Assembly (NCBI GenBank): GCA_044229845.1
Contig: JBGASG010000011.1
Location: 1-64,000 of the forward strand
Direction: 5' to 3'
DNA from: Candidatus Obscuribacteraceae bacterium
GTDB lineage: Bacteria > Cyanobacteriota > Vampirovibrionia > Obscuribacterales > Obscuribacteraceae
Length of the DNA stretch: 64,000 nt
Part shown: in pieces, positions 1 through 11,029 of the stretch
Layout: each line of letters opens with the position of its first letter
Numbering within the stretch: position 1 is the first letter of the stretch
The notes under the pieces: generated by a model
Seen by the model: only the letters and a program-made list of their open reading frames with translations
What the model was told of the DNA's origin: nothing
Databases searched by the model: none
Program-made: the position numbers and the translations under genes

Positions 1-104
1 CTGATAGCACCTTCATTCCCTTATCCATATATGGCAAAACGCCTGTGCCCCAGGGCTAACGCCACAGGAAGCGCCTGAGCCTGCGGCTCTTCGTAGGCTG
101 CGCG

Positions 105-770
105 TTACGGCGCCAAAATCGAAAGCGAGTCGACCACGGGATTGAGTTTTCGCGCGCGTGCATCGCTGGACGAAATTTCCTTGTCGCCGCTCAGTCCATT
201 CGGAGTTTCTTTGCCCGCGGGCGGCAGAAGTTGCACGCCCACACTCACCTTGCCTGACTTCGACTTCAGCTCTTTCTCAAGCTTGCCGCCGTTCCACGAA
301 ACCACGTTGCCGCCCATGTCCCAGTCGAATCCCAGGAATTTGAATGGCTTGCCGTTCAGCTTTTCCAGTTCGAGCAAGGTGGTACCGGTAGTGATACCAC
401 TGGACAGGTGCCAGGAACTGGGCTTATCACTGATGATGATTAATTCTGCGCCGTCACGTTTCTTCTGATCTTTCCAGACCACAGTGGCGCGCCACTTCGG
501 CTTGTCCGGATAGATCACCGTGCCTGGACGCTCTTCGCCTTCAGCCAGCGTAATCTTCTCTTGTTTGACATTCTTGGCGCCGAAATTGGCGTTCAACGCC
601 TTCTCCGAAGTAGATGCTCCGAGAAGCATCATCATCTTCGCGTTGGGCGGCTCCTTAATCACCAGATACGGTGCCTCGGGCAAACCGCCCTGAGCCAGAA
701 CGGCCAGGCAACTGCTCAGCAGAACAGATCCGCAAATCAAAGCCGGTCGTACAGCCTTCCGTGAAAACAT
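105..770 (-). CDS. Hypothetical secreted protein
   Basis: 221-aa ORF with signal-peptide-like N-terminus (ALICGSVLLSSCLAVLA); no recognised domain. Confidence 0.7.
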   Translation of the reverse strand: MFSRKAVRPALICGSVLLSSCLAVLAQGGLPEAPYLVIKEPPNAKMMMLLGASTSEKALNANFGAKNVKQEKITLAEGEERPGTVIYPDKPKWRATVVWKDQKKRDGAELIIISDKPSSWHLSSGITTGTTLLELEKLNGKPFKFLGFDWDMGGNVVSWNGGKLEKELKSKSGKVSVGVQLLPPAGKETPNGLSGDKEISSSDARARKLNPVVDSLSILAP

Positions 771-842
771 TGCTCAGTCCTCGCGCGTTCGAATTGTCGC
801 CAAAGCACAGTATACTGTCCCGAGTCTCCAGGAGCGCTATTC

Positions 843-1562
843 ATGTTTCGGAAAAAAGAGTCATTTGGCATCCTCAGCTTCGCGGCAGCAGCAGTTCTTT
901 GCGCAGCCCTCGCCCCTTGCGCACAGGCAACTCCGGCACAGGACGCGTTCAAGCAGGCGACTGACCTGGCACGAAAAGGCGATTGGAAAGGTGCGATTCC
1001 ACTGCTCGATAAGGCTATCAAGCTCAATGCGAAGTACGCAGTAGCTTATCAAGATCGCGCCGTCTGCTATGGTCATCTCGGTCAGAATGACAAGGCGCTG
1101 GTGGACTTGAATAAGGCAATCGAACTGAATCCCAAACTTCAAAAGGCTTATCTCGACCGCGCCACAGCGTACGGTCAGCTCGGGCAGGTGCAAGCGGCAT
1201 TCAAAGACTACTCGAAGGCGATTGACATCGACCCATCGGAGCCGACTTCGTTCCTGGGACGCGCCATTATCTATACGCGGCTGGAAGAGTTTCCTAAAGC
1301 AATCGCAGATTTGAACAAGGCGATCATGCTCAATCCAAAGCTGGTTGACGCCTATTTGACGCGCGCTGTCTGCTACGGTTCATTGAAGCAGTGGGACAAA
1401 GAAATCGAAGACTGCAACAAAGCCATCGCCATCGATCCGAAATGCGGCACCGCGTATAACAACCGCGCTGCGGCATACCAGGGTCTGGGCAAGACCGACT
1501 TGATGCAGAAGGATCTGGCTAAAGCGGCGCAACTTGGCACACACGGCACCGCGATGCCATAG
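843..1562 (+). CDS. Secreted tetratricopeptide repeat protein
   Basis: Signal peptide followed by about six 34-aa TPR units (AY..RA..Y..LG...KA..DLNKAI.LNPK); GGAG RBS upstream. Confidence 0.9.
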   Translation: MFRKKESFGILSFAAAAVLCAALAPCAQATPAQDAFKQATDLARKGDWKGAIPLLDKAIKLNAKYAVAYQDRAVCYGHLGQNDKALVDLNKAIELNPKLQKAYLDRATAYGQLGQVQAAFKDYSKAIDIDPSEPTSFLGRAIIYTRLEEFPKAIADLNKAIMLNPKLVDAYLTRAVCYGSLKQWDKEIEDCNKAIAIDPKCGTAYNNRAAAYQGLGKTDLMQKDLAKAAQLGTHGTAMP

Positions 1563-2677
1563 TGGTGGCTTCGCAGACCGGTGCCACCATTGCGGATCTG
1601 GACACGCCGATCATCGTCGTGGATATCGCTGCTGTGGAAAGAAACATCTCTCAGCTCTTCGAGCGGATGCAGAAGTTTGACGGCGTCTCGGTTCGCCCTC
1701 ATTTGAAGACGGGCAAGTGCGCCGAGATTGCCCGCATGCTCATTGCGGGCGGCGCGCAAGGCATTTGCGTCGCCAAGCTCAGTGAGGCGGAGGTCTTCAC
1801 TGATGCCGGCATAGAGGACATCTTAATAACGACCGAAATTGTCGGTCGCACGAAACTTGCAAGGTTGCTGAAACTGCATGCGCGAAACCCGAAGTTGAGG
1901 ATCGTTGTCGATAATTTGGCGGTGGCGCGCGATCTCAATGCACCGGCCCGGGAGACGAATAGCGCATCTCAGCCGATTCAGGTATTGATTGACCTGAACG
2001 TGGGACAGAATCGGACCGGAGTCGACTCCGCCGAAGAAGCGCTGTCGCTGGCGCGCGTGGTGGCGGACCTGCCGCACCTCAAATTGATCGGAGTTCAGGG
2101 ATACGAGGGACATTTGCAGCATCTAGCCGATGCCGAGCGCCAGGAGAAATGTCGCACCGCCATGTCCAAACTGAGTGAGGCGGTGAAGTTGCTGCGAAGC
2201 AATGGCTTTGATGTCCCTGTGGTCACCACTGGTGGTACCGGCACCGCGGAGATATGCGGGAGTTGTGAAGACATCACCGAAGTGCAACCGGGTTCGTTCG
2301 TGTTTATGGACGTCGCGTATCGCAACGCCACCAACGGCAAGTACGCGAATGCGCTGTCGGTGCTGGCGACCGTAATCAGCAAACCCACCCCCGACCGCGC
2401 CGTCGTCGATGCCGGGCTGAAGTGCCTGTCCGTCGATATGGGTTTCGCCGAGCCGAAGGGCATGCCCGAGTTCAGCTATCGACCTGCCGGTGACGAACAC
2501 GGCATCATCGAAAACAAAACCGCCGGCGGTGCCGTGCCCCTCAACGTGGGCGACAAAATCGAATTGCTGCCCGGACATATCGACACTACGGTCGCGCTAT
2601 TCGATCAATATCACATCATGCGCGACGGCAAACTGGAAGCCGTGTGGTCCATCGCCGCGCGCGGCAAAGTGCAGTAG
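1562..2677 (+). CDS. DSD1/D-threonine aldolase family PLP-dependent enzyme (alanine racemase fold)
   Basis: Motifs LDTP, RPHLKTGK (PLP lysine), GQNRTG, YEGHLQH, GGTGT, EVQPGSFVFMD, DAGLK, DEHG. Confidence 0.9.
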   Translation: MVASQTGATIADLDTPIIVVDIAAVERNISQLFERMQKFDGVSVRPHLKTGKCAEIARMLIAGGAQGICVAKLSEAEVFTDAGIEDILITTEIVGRTKLARLLKLHARNPKLRIVVDNLAVARDLNAPARETNSASQPIQVLIDLNVGQNRTGVDSAEEALSLARVVADLPHLKLIGVQGYEGHLQHLADAERQEKCRTAMSKLSEAVKLLRSNGFDVPVVTTGGTGTAEICGSCEDITEVQPGSFVFMDVAYRNATNGKYANALSVLATVISKPTPDRAVVDAGLKCLSVDMGFAEPKGMPEFSYRPAGDEHGIIENKTAGGAVPLNVGDKIELLPGHIDTTVALFDQYHIMRDGKLEAVWSIAARGKVQ

Positions 2678-2686
2678 CACTGCACT

Positions 2687-3445
2687 TCACGACACATCAT
2701 CGGGGACTGCCCTCAAGGGTTTGCCATCCAATTGTTGGCGGTCACCTGCGGGAAAGTTGTTGGGGAAGACACCATCGAAAGGATTTAAGTCTCCCGCCTG
2801 TGAGAAACTCTCGAATGCCTTCTGGTGGTCGCCCTTCTGAAAGTAAACGGTACCGATCGCGTAGTGGATCTGATGGCGTAATCGAATGTCTATCTTCTGG
2901 TCCGCATTCGCAGCATCAAGTGCCTTATTGAATGAAGCCAGGGCGCCGTCGACATCCTTCTCTTGTTGCAGTACACCAAGATTGTAATAAACAGTAGCCT
3001 TGAACGCAGGGCGAATCGCTGCGTTACCCGCTGCCGCAGCCTCTGCCTTCGCAAAACATTCGAGTTCCTTTTCTGAGTCCTTCAAGTCCGCATAGACTAT
3101 AGCCTTTCCAGCGTAGACATAAGGCAAAACGTTTTTGGACTCATTACTCTCCTTATCGGCAGAGCAAAGTTCTAACGCCTTGCCGAAAGCATCCAATGCC
3201 TCCTCGTTCCTTTTCATCGTGGACAAGCACTTGCCCATGTCGTAATAGGTTCGAGCGTTCTTCGAGACCTTCAGCGATCGACGATAACAGTCCAGTGCCT
3301 TGTCGTTCTGACCTTTTTGTTCATAGGCTGTTCCCATCGCCCAAAGACTCTTGGCCGAAACGCTGTCCAAATACGGCTCGCCCGCACCAAGTGCCGGCGC
3401 ATGCACAGTTAAAGCCGCGAGAACAATTGCACCAAGGATTCTCAT
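2687..3445 (-). CDS. Secreted TPR protein
   Basis: Signal peptide; TPR repeats (YYDMGKCL..MKRNEEALDAFGKALEL; YYNLGVLQ..ALASFNKAL). Confidence 0.85.
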   Translation of the reverse strand: MRILGAIVLAALTVHAPALGAGEPYLDSVSAKSLWAMGTAYEQKGQNDKALDCYRRSLKVSKNARTYYDMGKCLSTMKRNEEALDAFGKALELCSADKESNESKNVLPYVYAGKAIVYADLKDSEKELECFAKAEAAAAGNAAIRPAFKATVYYNLGVLQQEKDVDGALASFNKALDAANADQKIDIRLRHQIHYAIGTVYFQKGDHQKAFESFSQAGDLNPFDGVFPNNFPAGDRQQLDGKPLRAVPDDVS

Positions 3446-3449
3446 CGTC

Positions 3450-3683
3450 CTAATTCAGCCGTTGCGTCACACTCGGACCTATTGATCTGCGTCTGGCATC
3501 GCATCGTCCTTTCCAGAACCAAATCGCCGCTATGGATTCCAGCGATATCCCAATAACATTCGCAACTACCGCCAGCTCGACTGTTGTGTAGCAGATTATC
3601 GTCATCAGGAAGCCGACGCCAAACATGACTGCTTGGGCTATGAATGCGACGGTGCCACTAAGACTGGGTGGTACGGAGATCAT
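3450..3683 (-). CDS. Small hypothetical membrane protein
   Basis: 77 aa, two hydrophobic segments, abuts the downstream TPR gene. Confidence 0.5.
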   Translation of the reverse strand: MISVPPSLSGTVAFIAQAVMFGVGFLMTIICYTTVELAVVANVIGISLESIAAIWFWKGRCDARRRSIGPSVTQRLN

Positions 3684-4057
3684 GTTGAATGCTCGGGTAC
3701 TAGACCCAGTCTAGCATCGAGTTGTTGTTGCTGGATCCGCACATTTTCGAGCACGGCGTGAGCAGTTTTCGCCTCCGAGCCTCGAATTTAATGTCAAACT
3801 GGGCCGAGACGCCTCGAGAATGTGCGGATTACGCACATTGCAGTGCCACCCGTGGTCATCGCGCTGACGGTGGCCGCATGTACGCGGTCGTGCCACACTC
3901 GCTGCTGATGGTGGCCCGGTGATGGGCCACGCGAACCTTCAATACCGACAAAATTGCCGGTCGTGTCCCGGCCGAGGGCCACAATGGGCTGATTCGGCCC
4001 GCTGCTGGGCCGGTGCTGGTCAGTGTTCGCCGGAAGGGTCAGGGTCCGCCGGGTCAC

Positions 4058-4453
4058 TCACTCAATCGCGATGAAGAAGCCAGCTTCGTCGTAGGCGCGG
4101 CGCAACGGGTTCTGCACGGACAGCGATGTGTACAGATACGGAATGCCGTGCCGCCGAATCCAATCAAGTCGCCACTGAAACAACGACAACGCCAGTCCTC
4201 GTCCCCGATGCTTGGGATGCACGCACAAATCACAAAACACCGCGTGCCGCGCATTACCAGCAACAAAGCCCACACCAACTAATTGATTAGACTCGGTAGC
4301 CACACCAACGATGCACAGGGATTGCTCGAAACAATCATTCCAGCGCTGACGATCATCGTCGCCCCAACCAACGGATTCACGCAGAGCCATGACGTCTTCG
4401 ACGGCAAGCGCGTTGCGCTCGACGAAGTGATATCCGTTCGGTAGCGTTGCCAT
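4058..4453 (-). CDS. GNAT family N-acetyltransferase
   Basis: Motif A DLCVHPKHRGRGLA; LRESVGWG N-terminal motif. Confidence 0.85.
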   Translation of the reverse strand: MATLPNGYHFVERNALAVEDVMALRESVGWGDDDRQRWNDCFEQSLCIVGVATESNQLVGVGFVAGNARHAVFCDLCVHPKHRGRGLALSLFQWRLDWIRRHGIPYLYTSLSVQNPLRRAYDEAGFFIAIE

Positions 4454-4502
4454 GCCAGGACCGACCTTATGGTAGTACGCGTCGGCGGTGCGCCTTATCC
4501 AA

Positions 4503-4559
4503 CCGCTGCGCGGCTCAGTGTCCGCTGCGCGGCTCAGTGTCCGCTGCGCGGCTTAGCGT
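4503..4559. repeat. 19-bp tandem repeat (CCGCTGCGCGGCTCAGTGT x2 plus one degenerate copy)
   Basis: Copies at 4503-4521, 4522-4540 and 4541-4559; the last overlaps the stop of the Gln-rich gene. Confidence 0.85.
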
Positions 4560-5665
4560 CCGCGGCGTCCGCCGGCGCTACCGCGAGCAGCGGCACGCCC
4601 ACCGGCTGCCTGATTGTTCTGGCGGCGCACAGTGGCTGCGTTGTATCGCGCGGCTTTCTGATTCTGGTTCAGGTTGTCTCGCTTGTCTTTGCGATTGTCC
4701 TGACGATCCTGCTGGTTTTCTTGCCAGCTATTCTGCCCGCTCCACTGGTTGATGTACGCGTTGTTGTACGAATTGGGCGGCACGACTACCCGTCCGCCTG
4801 GTCCGTTGTAGTACACCTGGTTGCCCTGGCGGTAGCACGGCGTTCCATAAGGTATGCCGTAGTTGTTGTTTAGCGTGCTGCCCACTGCCGCACCAGCGAA
4901 CGCGCCGGCTGCCGACGTGACCGCATTGGCCACACCATGATGGCGTTTCTTGCCGGAGGAGTCGTCTTGGTTCTGCTGGTCCGCCGCAGCCTGCTGCTGT
5001 TGCTGCATGGACAGTTGCTGATCCTGGAGCGCTTGCTGTTGTTGTTGCAATGCCTGTTGCTGCGCTTGTTGTTGCATGGCTTGCTGTTGCAACGCCTGTT
5101 GTTGCGCTTGCTGCTGCATCGCTTGTTGCTGCAAAGCCTGTTGTTGTGCCTGTTGCTGAATGGCTTGTTGCTGCAGCGCCGCTTGCTGTTGGTTGAAACC
5201 ACCTGGCTGCGGAAAGCCACCACCCTGCTGCACATAGCCAGTCTGCGGAGGAGGCATGCCACCACCCTGCTGCACAGCAAGCTGTTGACGCAGCGCGTTA
5301 TTCTGCGCTTCCGCCTGCAGGTTCATTTGATCGACGGTCCATTGCAGCTGTTCCGCTGTCAATTTGACCGGCTGGTTCTTCGCGTTGATGTACCAGTAGT
5401 TGTTGGCGGCATCGCGATACGCAGCCACTGCCTGCGCATCCGGCGCAATGCCCAATCCCGGAATCACGACCTTGTATCCAGCCTTGGTGGTGATGTACTG
5501 CTTACCGTCAGTCCCGCGCTGCACGGGATAAAGTGTCATCGTGATCGGCGAGACCTGGGACGAAACCTGCGCAGGTCCCGTCGACTGTTGCGCCAGGGCT
5601 GCAGACGGCAACGACAGCGATGCAGACAGAAGCGCCCCGCTGACAATTCGCTTTGCGATTTTCAT
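4553..5665 (-). CDS. Secreted glutamine-rich low-complexity protein
   Basis: Signal peptide (…SAALA/QQ), central (QQQA[LIM])n tract, Gly/Asn/Arg-rich C-terminus; GAGG RBS. Confidence 0.85.
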   Translation of the reverse strand: MKIAKRIVSGALLSASLSLPSAALAQQSTGPAQVSSQVSPITMTLYPVQRGTDGKQYITTKAGYKVVIPGLGIAPDAQAVAAYRDAANNYWYINAKNQPVKLTAEQLQWTVDQMNLQAEAQNNALRQQLAVQQGGGMPPPQTGYVQQGGGFPQPGGFNQQQAALQQQAIQQQAQQQALQQQAMQQQAQQQALQQQAMQQQAQQQALQQQQQALQDQQLSMQQQQQAAADQQNQDDSSGKKRHHGVANAVTSAAGAFAGAAVGSTLNNNYGIPYGTPCYRQGNQVYYNGPGGRVVVPPNSYNNAYINQWSGQNSWQENQQDRQDNRKDKRDNLNQNQKAARYNAATVRRQNNQAAGGRAAARGSAGGRRGR

Positions 5666-5701
5666 ATTGCTTTCCTCTGTTTTGCGTGCGCGATGACCGA
5701 C

Positions 5702-8140
5702 TCAGTGCGGCCATTTCCAATCGGCAAACTCTGGTTTGTCGATTCCGTGCTCGTGCGCGTAGTTGCGCGCATCGATTTGCATATCTCTGAACTTAGATTT
5801 GGCATGCGCACCGGCAACGCGCAGTTTTTCAACGCGGTCGATGGCATCCATCGCCAGAGTGAAGCGATCAGTGTGGTTGTTGATCGCCAGTTCGAGAGGC
5901 GTGTTGATGTTGCCTTTCTCTTTATATCCACGCACGTGCAGGTTGTCGTGGTTGTTGCGCCGATAAGTAAGCCGGTGAATCAACCACGGATAGCCGTGGA
6001 AGTTGAAGATGACCGGTTGCTTCAATGTGAACAGGCTGTCGAAGTCTTTGTCGGAGGCACCATGAGGGTGTTCCGATTCGGGTTGCATCATCATCAAATC
6101 AACGACATTGACGAAACGAATCTTCAGCTCCGGAAACTCTTGCCGCAAGAGCCAGGTGGCAGCCAGCGCTTCCTGCGTGGCGATATCTCCGGCGCAAGCC
6201 ATGACGACATCCGGCTCTACTCCATGATCGTTGCTAGCCCAATCCCAAATACCCATGCCCTTTTCACAGTGACGTTTGGCAGTCTCCATATCCATATATT
6301 GGAGATGCTTTTGTTTGTCGCACACCATCACGTTGATGTAATTGACGCTGCGCAAACAGTGATCGGCACACGAGAGGAGCGAATTAGCATCGGGCGGCAG
6401 ATAGATGCGAATCACCTCCTGTCCTTTGTTCACAACCAGATCGAGAAATCCCGGATCCTGGTGCGTAAATCCATTGTGATCCTGGCGCCAAACTGTCGAT
6501 GTGATCAGCAGGTTCAATGATGCGATGTCGGCACGCCATGTTAGATGATTGCAAATGTCGAGCCACTTAGCGTGCTGGTTGAACATTGAATCGATGACAT
6601 GCACAAACGCTTCGTACGTCGCGAAGAAACCGTGACGACCGGTGAGAAGATAACCTTCCAGCCATCCCTCCAGGGTATGTTCGCTGAGCATTTCCAGAAC
6701 GCGTCCGTCGGTGGCCAGCTCGCCACCATCTGCATCATCAGCGAAGTAATCCGCCAACCAGAGTTTCTTGCTGGCGGCATAAACATCATCGAGCTTGTTC
6801 GAAGAGGTTTCGTCCGGTCCAAAAACGCGGAAGGAATTGGGGTTAGCTTTCAGAATATCGCGCAGCAGCTGCCCTGTGGGACGCGTATTCTCTGCTTCGT
6901 CGGCGCCGGGCCTGGACACTTTGACCGCGTAGCTTTCGAAAGCGGGCATCTTCAATGACTTATGCAGCAATCCACCATTTGCATGCGGGTTGGCACCCAT
7001 GCGGCGAGTGCCTTCCGGTGCCAGTTTCTTCAGCTCAGGCAGCAGGCGTCCTTCCTCATCAAACAATTCTTCCGGCATGTAACTGCGCATCCATTCCTCG
7101 AGAGCTTGTAGCTGCTTTGGATCTTTGTTGGCACCGGGCAGCGGCACCTGGTGTGCACGCCAGGAACCCTCAACCTTGTGACCGTTGATTTCCTTCGGCC
7201 CGCTCCAACCTTTAGGGCTGCGCAAAATGATCATCGGCCAGCGCGGACGAGCAGTGAATCCTTTTTCGCGAGCATCCTTCTGGATTTTTTGAATATCAGC
7301 GATGCACTTGTCCAGAGTGGCGGCCATCGCCTGGTGCATGCTGTCGAAGTCGCTGCCTTCGACGAAACAAGGCTCGTAGCCGTAGCCGCGGAAAAGGCTT
7401 TCCAGTTCGTCATGGCTGATGCGGGCGAGCAACGTCGGATTGTTGATCTTGTAACCATTCAAATGCAATATGGGCAACACGGCACCATCGCGCACCGGAT
7501 TGATGAATTTGTTGGAGTGCCACGATGTGGCCAGCGGTCCGGTTTCCGATTCTCCGTCACCGACTACAACGGCGGTGATCAAATCTGGATTGTCGAACAC
7601 CGAGCCGTAAGCGTGCGACACGCTATATCCGAGTTCTCCGCCTTCGTGTATGGAACCGGGTGTCTCCGGTGTGCAGTGACTGCCGATGCCACCAGGGAAT
7701 GAGAACTGCTTGAAGAAGGCCATCATGCCTTCTTCGTCTTCGCTCTTGTCCGGATAAATCTCGGAATAGGTGCCTTCCAGATAGACCGGCGCCAGCACGC
7801 CCGGCGCACCGTGTCCGGGTCCGGCGATGAAGATCATGTCCAGGTCGTGCTTCTTGATCAGGCGGTTGAGATGGATGTACGAAAAACTCAAACCAGGACT
7901 GGCACCCCAGTGTCCCAGCAACCGATTCTTGACATGCTCCATTTTCAGCGGCTCTTTGAGCAACGCATTACCGCGCAGATAAATCATGCCCGCCGCCAGA
8001 TAGTTACAGGCACGCCAGTAGGCATGCAGCTGTTTGAGCTCGTCCTTGCTGAGCGGCTCACCCTTTACCGTCGAGCGGGCGACTCCGAAGGGGCTCAGCA
8101 ATTCAGTTTCGGACTTTCGATCTGGTGAAACAGCGACCAT
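5702..8140 (-). CDS. xfp: Phosphoketolase (xylulose-5-P/fructose-6-P)
   Basis: 812 aa; [51 protein letters not shown] motifs. Confidence 0.97.
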   Translation of the reverse strand: MVAVSPDRKSETELLSPFGVARSTVKGEPLSKDELKQLHAYWRACNYLAAGMIYLRGNALLKEPLKMEHVKNRLLGHWGASPGLSFSYIHLNRLIKKHDLDMIFIAGPGHGAPGVLAPVYLEGTYSEIYPDKSEDEEGMMAFFKQFSFPGGIGSHCTPETPGSIHEGGELGYSVSHAYGSVFDNPDLITAVVVGDGESETGPLATSWHSNKFINPVRDGAVLPILHLNGYKINNPTLLARISHDELESLFRGYGYEPCFVEGSDFDSMHQAMAATLDKCIADIQKIQKDAREKGFTARPRWPMIILRSPKGWSGPKEINGHKVEGSWRAHQVPLPGANKDPKQLQALEEWMRSYMPEELFDEEGRLLPELKKLAPEGTRRMGANPHANGGLLHKSLKMPAFESYAVKVSRPGADEAENTRPTGQLLRDILKANPNSFRVFGPDETSSNKLDDVYAASKKLWLADYFADDADGGELATDGRVLEMLSEHTLEGWLEGYLLTGRHGFFATYEAFVHVIDSMFNQHAKWLDICNHLTWRADIASLNLLITSTVWRQDHNGFTHQDPGFLDLVVNKGQEVIRIYLPPDANSLLSCADHCLRSVNYINVMVCDKQKHLQYMDMETAKRHCEKGMGIWDWASNDHGVEPDVVMACAGDIATQEALAATWLLRQEFPELKIRFVNVVDLMMMQPESEHPHGASDKDFDSLFTLKQPVIFNFHGYPWLIHRLTYRRNNHDNLHVRGYKEKGNINTPLELAINNHTDRFTLAMDAIDRVEKLRVAGAHAKSKFRDMQIDARNYAHEHGIDKPEFADWKWPH

Positions 8141-8289
8141 TTCTCATCTCCTGGCAAGCGCCACATCGGACTCATATAAATAGATCCAGTCAATATATCA
8201 CCGCAAACGTGCTGCATATCGCCTGCGCGTTCAATTAGCGACTCTTCTTATTGGGCAGCTGATCGGGCGGCCGATCGGTCCCACGTAAC

Positions 8290-9078
8290 TTATTTCGCCA
8301 GCGCGTGCTTGGCTCCGAATTTTTGCCTGGCTTCTTCGAGTTTGGCTGCATCGCCGCGTTCACTTAAAGCTTTGAAATAGCGATCGAGTGCGCGAGAGAT
8401 GTTCGGATGATTGCCGCCGAATGCATACTGCATTTTTCTGATACCGTCGGAAGCCACGTCCGCATGCGCTTCGTCGGTCATCGGCGCGCAAGCTTGATAG
8501 ATCATGTCCGCGCGCACGTACTGGGGAGATTCAGGTCCCAAAACGACGCTGGCGATCTTCATCGCTTTTACGATGAGAACTTCCGCTTCGCTGTGACGCC
8601 CTAGTGTGAGGTAAAGTCCGCACAAATCCGAAAGTGAGTATGCCAATTGCACCGACGCCTCGGTGCCAAGCGCATCGAGGATCTCTATCGACTTTTGCAA
8701 TTCTTTTTCGGCGCCGCGCACATTACCGGCATCGGCTTGCGCTTGAGCATAGAAACGCAAAGCGACCGCTAACAGTTCGCGATCCATACGATCGCCGCTG
8801 GCTTGCAGAGAACTGATCGTTTTCTCGAGTTGCTTGCCCGCCTCAGGAGCACGCCCTGATGCAATCAACACCGCCGCGCTTGCAACGTCGGTTGCGTGCA
8901 GCGCAAATGCGCTTTCCGGCATGTCCACCGTCAGCTCCCGCGCTCTTGCCAGAAGATTGCGCGCCTGTTGAAACTCTCCTGCTTCGTATGCCATGCGAGC
9001 CGCGGCTAGCGTCGTCTTCCAGCGTTTGGTCTTGGCGTCAGTGCCACTCACAGCATCAATGACTCTCTTCTTTGCCAT
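8290..9078 (-). CDS. TPR-like (kinesin-light-chain type) protein
   Basis: Helical repeats with LAYSLSDLCGLY and FGGNHPNISRAL patterns. Confidence 0.75.
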   Translation of the reverse strand: MAKKRVIDAVSGTDAKTKRWKTTLAAARMAYEAGEFQQARNLLARARELTVDMPESAFALHATDVASAAVLIASGRAPEAGKQLEKTISSLQASGDRMDRELLAVALRFYAQAQADAGNVRGAEKELQKSIEILDALGTEASVQLAYSLSDLCGLYLTLGRHSEAEVLIVKAMKIASVVLGPESPQYVRADMIYQACAPMTDEAHADVASDGIRKMQYAFGGNHPNISRALDRYFKALSERGDAAKLEEARQKFGAKHALAK

Positions 9079-9153
9079 GCTTCTTCTCCCAGCTGGTGTG
9101 GGTTTCCTGGAGGCATAACTCTAGCAGGGTTTCATCGACTTGTCGTCAATGCC

Positions 9154-10716
9154 GTGACTTATCGCGGACAATACCGTCACGCTGATGATATGGTTGCCTG
9201 TGCAACAAATAGGAACGCAGTAAAAACGCGGAACCCAGTGCAAACACCAATGACATTGCGAAGCCGGGCAGTTGTGATGGTCGCAACAGTGGGTTGCGTT
9301 TGCACTCTCGTTTCCATGGCGCCACATAGGATCGCACCACGAGCGAACGCGCGCAGTTTCTCACAATCTGAAGTTTCGGACTGGCTGCTCAAGGGCGACG
9401 CACAACGGCAAGCGGGTCGCTACAGAGAAAGCAGGCGCTATATCGAGCGAGCCCTCGCTGCTCTGCAAGCTGAAAAGCCGGATTCCGCTGAAGGCACGGT
9501 GGCGCACGCCGCCAGACTCGCCGCCGCTTACAACTACTTGTCCCTGCTGCAAAATAACTGCGGGCAATTCACGCAGTCGGAAGCCAGTGCGCGCCAGGCG
9601 CTCTCACTGGCTAAAGACGCGCACCTCAATGACGAAACCGGCGCGATGCACAAAGTGGTGCTCGCCAATGCATTGCGTCAGCAGGGAAAATTCGACGAAG
9701 CGCTGCCACTTCTCGAAAGCGCTGTTGCCACATTGAAGAATGCGGAGAGCAGCAATCAAGCCTTGTTGGGCACCGCCACTAACAATCTTGGTGCGCTGTA
9801 CTTCTGGCGCGGTGACTACCAGAAAGCATTGGGCACCTTGCAGGAAGGTTTGCGCATTCGCATCGCGGCGCATGGCGCCAATCACGTCGATGTGGCGAAC
9901 TCCTATTTAGATCTCGCTTGCACCGAGATCAAATTGGGTCTGTTCATTGAAGCACTGAATCACGCGCGCGCCGCCTTGGAAATTCGGCAGGAGAAGCTTG
10001 GAAAGAAACATCCCGAGACGCTGGCATCCATGTCGACTCTGGCGGTTATTTATGAATATCGGAGCACCGCCCTCGATATCACTAACGCGCTGGCGCTGTT
10101 GCACGATGCAGTGGCAAACGGACGCAAAGCGCTGGGCGCGGACCACCCAGATCTCGCTCAATATGAAGACGACTATGCCAGCTTGCTGGGAGTACGAGAA
10201 GAATTCCGGCAGGCTCTGCCAATGATGAACGATTCGCTGCGAATCAGAAAGAAGGTGTTCGGTGCCGATAGCCGAGAGTACGCCGGCGGATTGCGTTCGC
10301 TGGCTCAGATCGAAACGTCGGCCGGTCACACGGATGCCGCCGGCACGCTATTGCAAGAAAGCGCCGCCATCTATAAAGCAAATGGACGGTCGCCCGATCA
10401 GGACTACGCGGATACCCTGGATGCTCTCGCTGCATACTACACAGAGAAGAAACAGTTGGAGCCTGCCCGCGAAGCGCTTGTCCAAGCGGTAAAGGCACGC
10501 GAAGCCGGGGGCGCGACCCGCGCTTACGCGGTCACCCTAGCGAATCTGGCGGAGGTTCTGCAAGCGATCGGTCGGACCGACGAAAGCAATGAAGCGCTCA
10601 AGCAAGCCAAATCAATTGTGGATGCCCTGCCAACAAGTCAGCGCAGTCACCCGGACTGCGCCTCCATTGTTTCTCGGTTTCAAAACTTGTTCGAATCTAC
10701 TGGGCAGAAACCTTGA
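9154..10716 (+). CDS. TPR (TPR_12/NPHP3-like) protein with N-terminal hydrophobic anchor
   Basis: Repeats such as HGANHVDVANSY, LGKKHPETLASMSTLA, LGADHPDLAQYE; true start may be ATG 9250. Confidence 0.85.
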   Translation: MTYRGQYRHADDMVACATNRNAVKTRNPVQTPMTLRSRAVVMVATVGCVCTLVSMAPHRIAPRANARSFSQSEVSDWLLKGDAQRQAGRYRESRRYIERALAALQAEKPDSAEGTVAHAARLAAAYNYLSLLQNNCGQFTQSEASARQALSLAKDAHLNDETGAMHKVVLANALRQQGKFDEALPLLESAVATLKNAESSNQALLGTATNNLGALYFWRGDYQKALGTLQEGLRIRIAAHGANHVDVANSYLDLACTEIKLGLFIEALNHARAALEIRQEKLGKKHPETLASMSTLAVIYEYRSTALDITNALALLHDAVANGRKALGADHPDLAQYEDDYASLLGVREEFRQALPMMNDSLRIRKKVFGADSREYAGGLRSLAQIETSAGHTDAAGTLLQESAAIYKANGRSPDQDYADTLDALAAYYTEKKQLEPAREALVQAVKAREAGGATRAYAVTLANLAEVLQAIGRTDESNEALKQAKSIVDALPTSQRSHPDCASIVSRFQNLFESTGQKP

Positions 10717-10942
10717 GCAGCTTGCTGTGCGACACAGAAACGCGCAGGTTGTTGCCGTCCCAGCCGCCACCGGGGAAGAAATTGGCGTCGGCAGCCGGCG
10801 CCGGTTCTTGAACGCTGGCTGCAGCCTTGGCTGGTTCGCTCTTCGCAGCTTTTTCGCCGGCAACCGCGTCCTTGGCTTGAACGCACGAGACGGAAGCCAC
10901 AAATCCAACCACCAGAGCCAGGGTCGACAAGCCAACTTTCAT
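10697..10942 (-). CDS. Small secreted hypothetical protein
   Basis: Strong RBS (AAGGAGTGGAG), signal peptide ending VQA, Ala/Lys/Pro-rich mature part. Confidence 0.6.
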   Translation of the reverse strand: MKVGLSTLALVVGFVASVSCVQAKDAVAGEKAAKSEPAKAAASVQEPAPAADANFFPGGGWDGNNLRVSVSHSKLLKVSAQ

Positions 10943-11029
10943 TTCTCCACTCCCTTATAGATGACGGTCGTTGCTTCTCACATAAGCATCTACCGGCGGC
11001 TTTCAGAAATTAGGAGGGAGGCGAAGAAA

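Noticed and set aside
3711..4057. Short ORFs between the GNAT and the small membrane gene
   Set aside because: No recognisable motifs and competing frames; a call cannot be supported.
4937..6520. 527-aa plus-strand Leu-rich ORF
   Set aside because: Antisense shadow of the Gln-rich gene and xfp; poly-Leu is the mirror of CAG/CAA codons.
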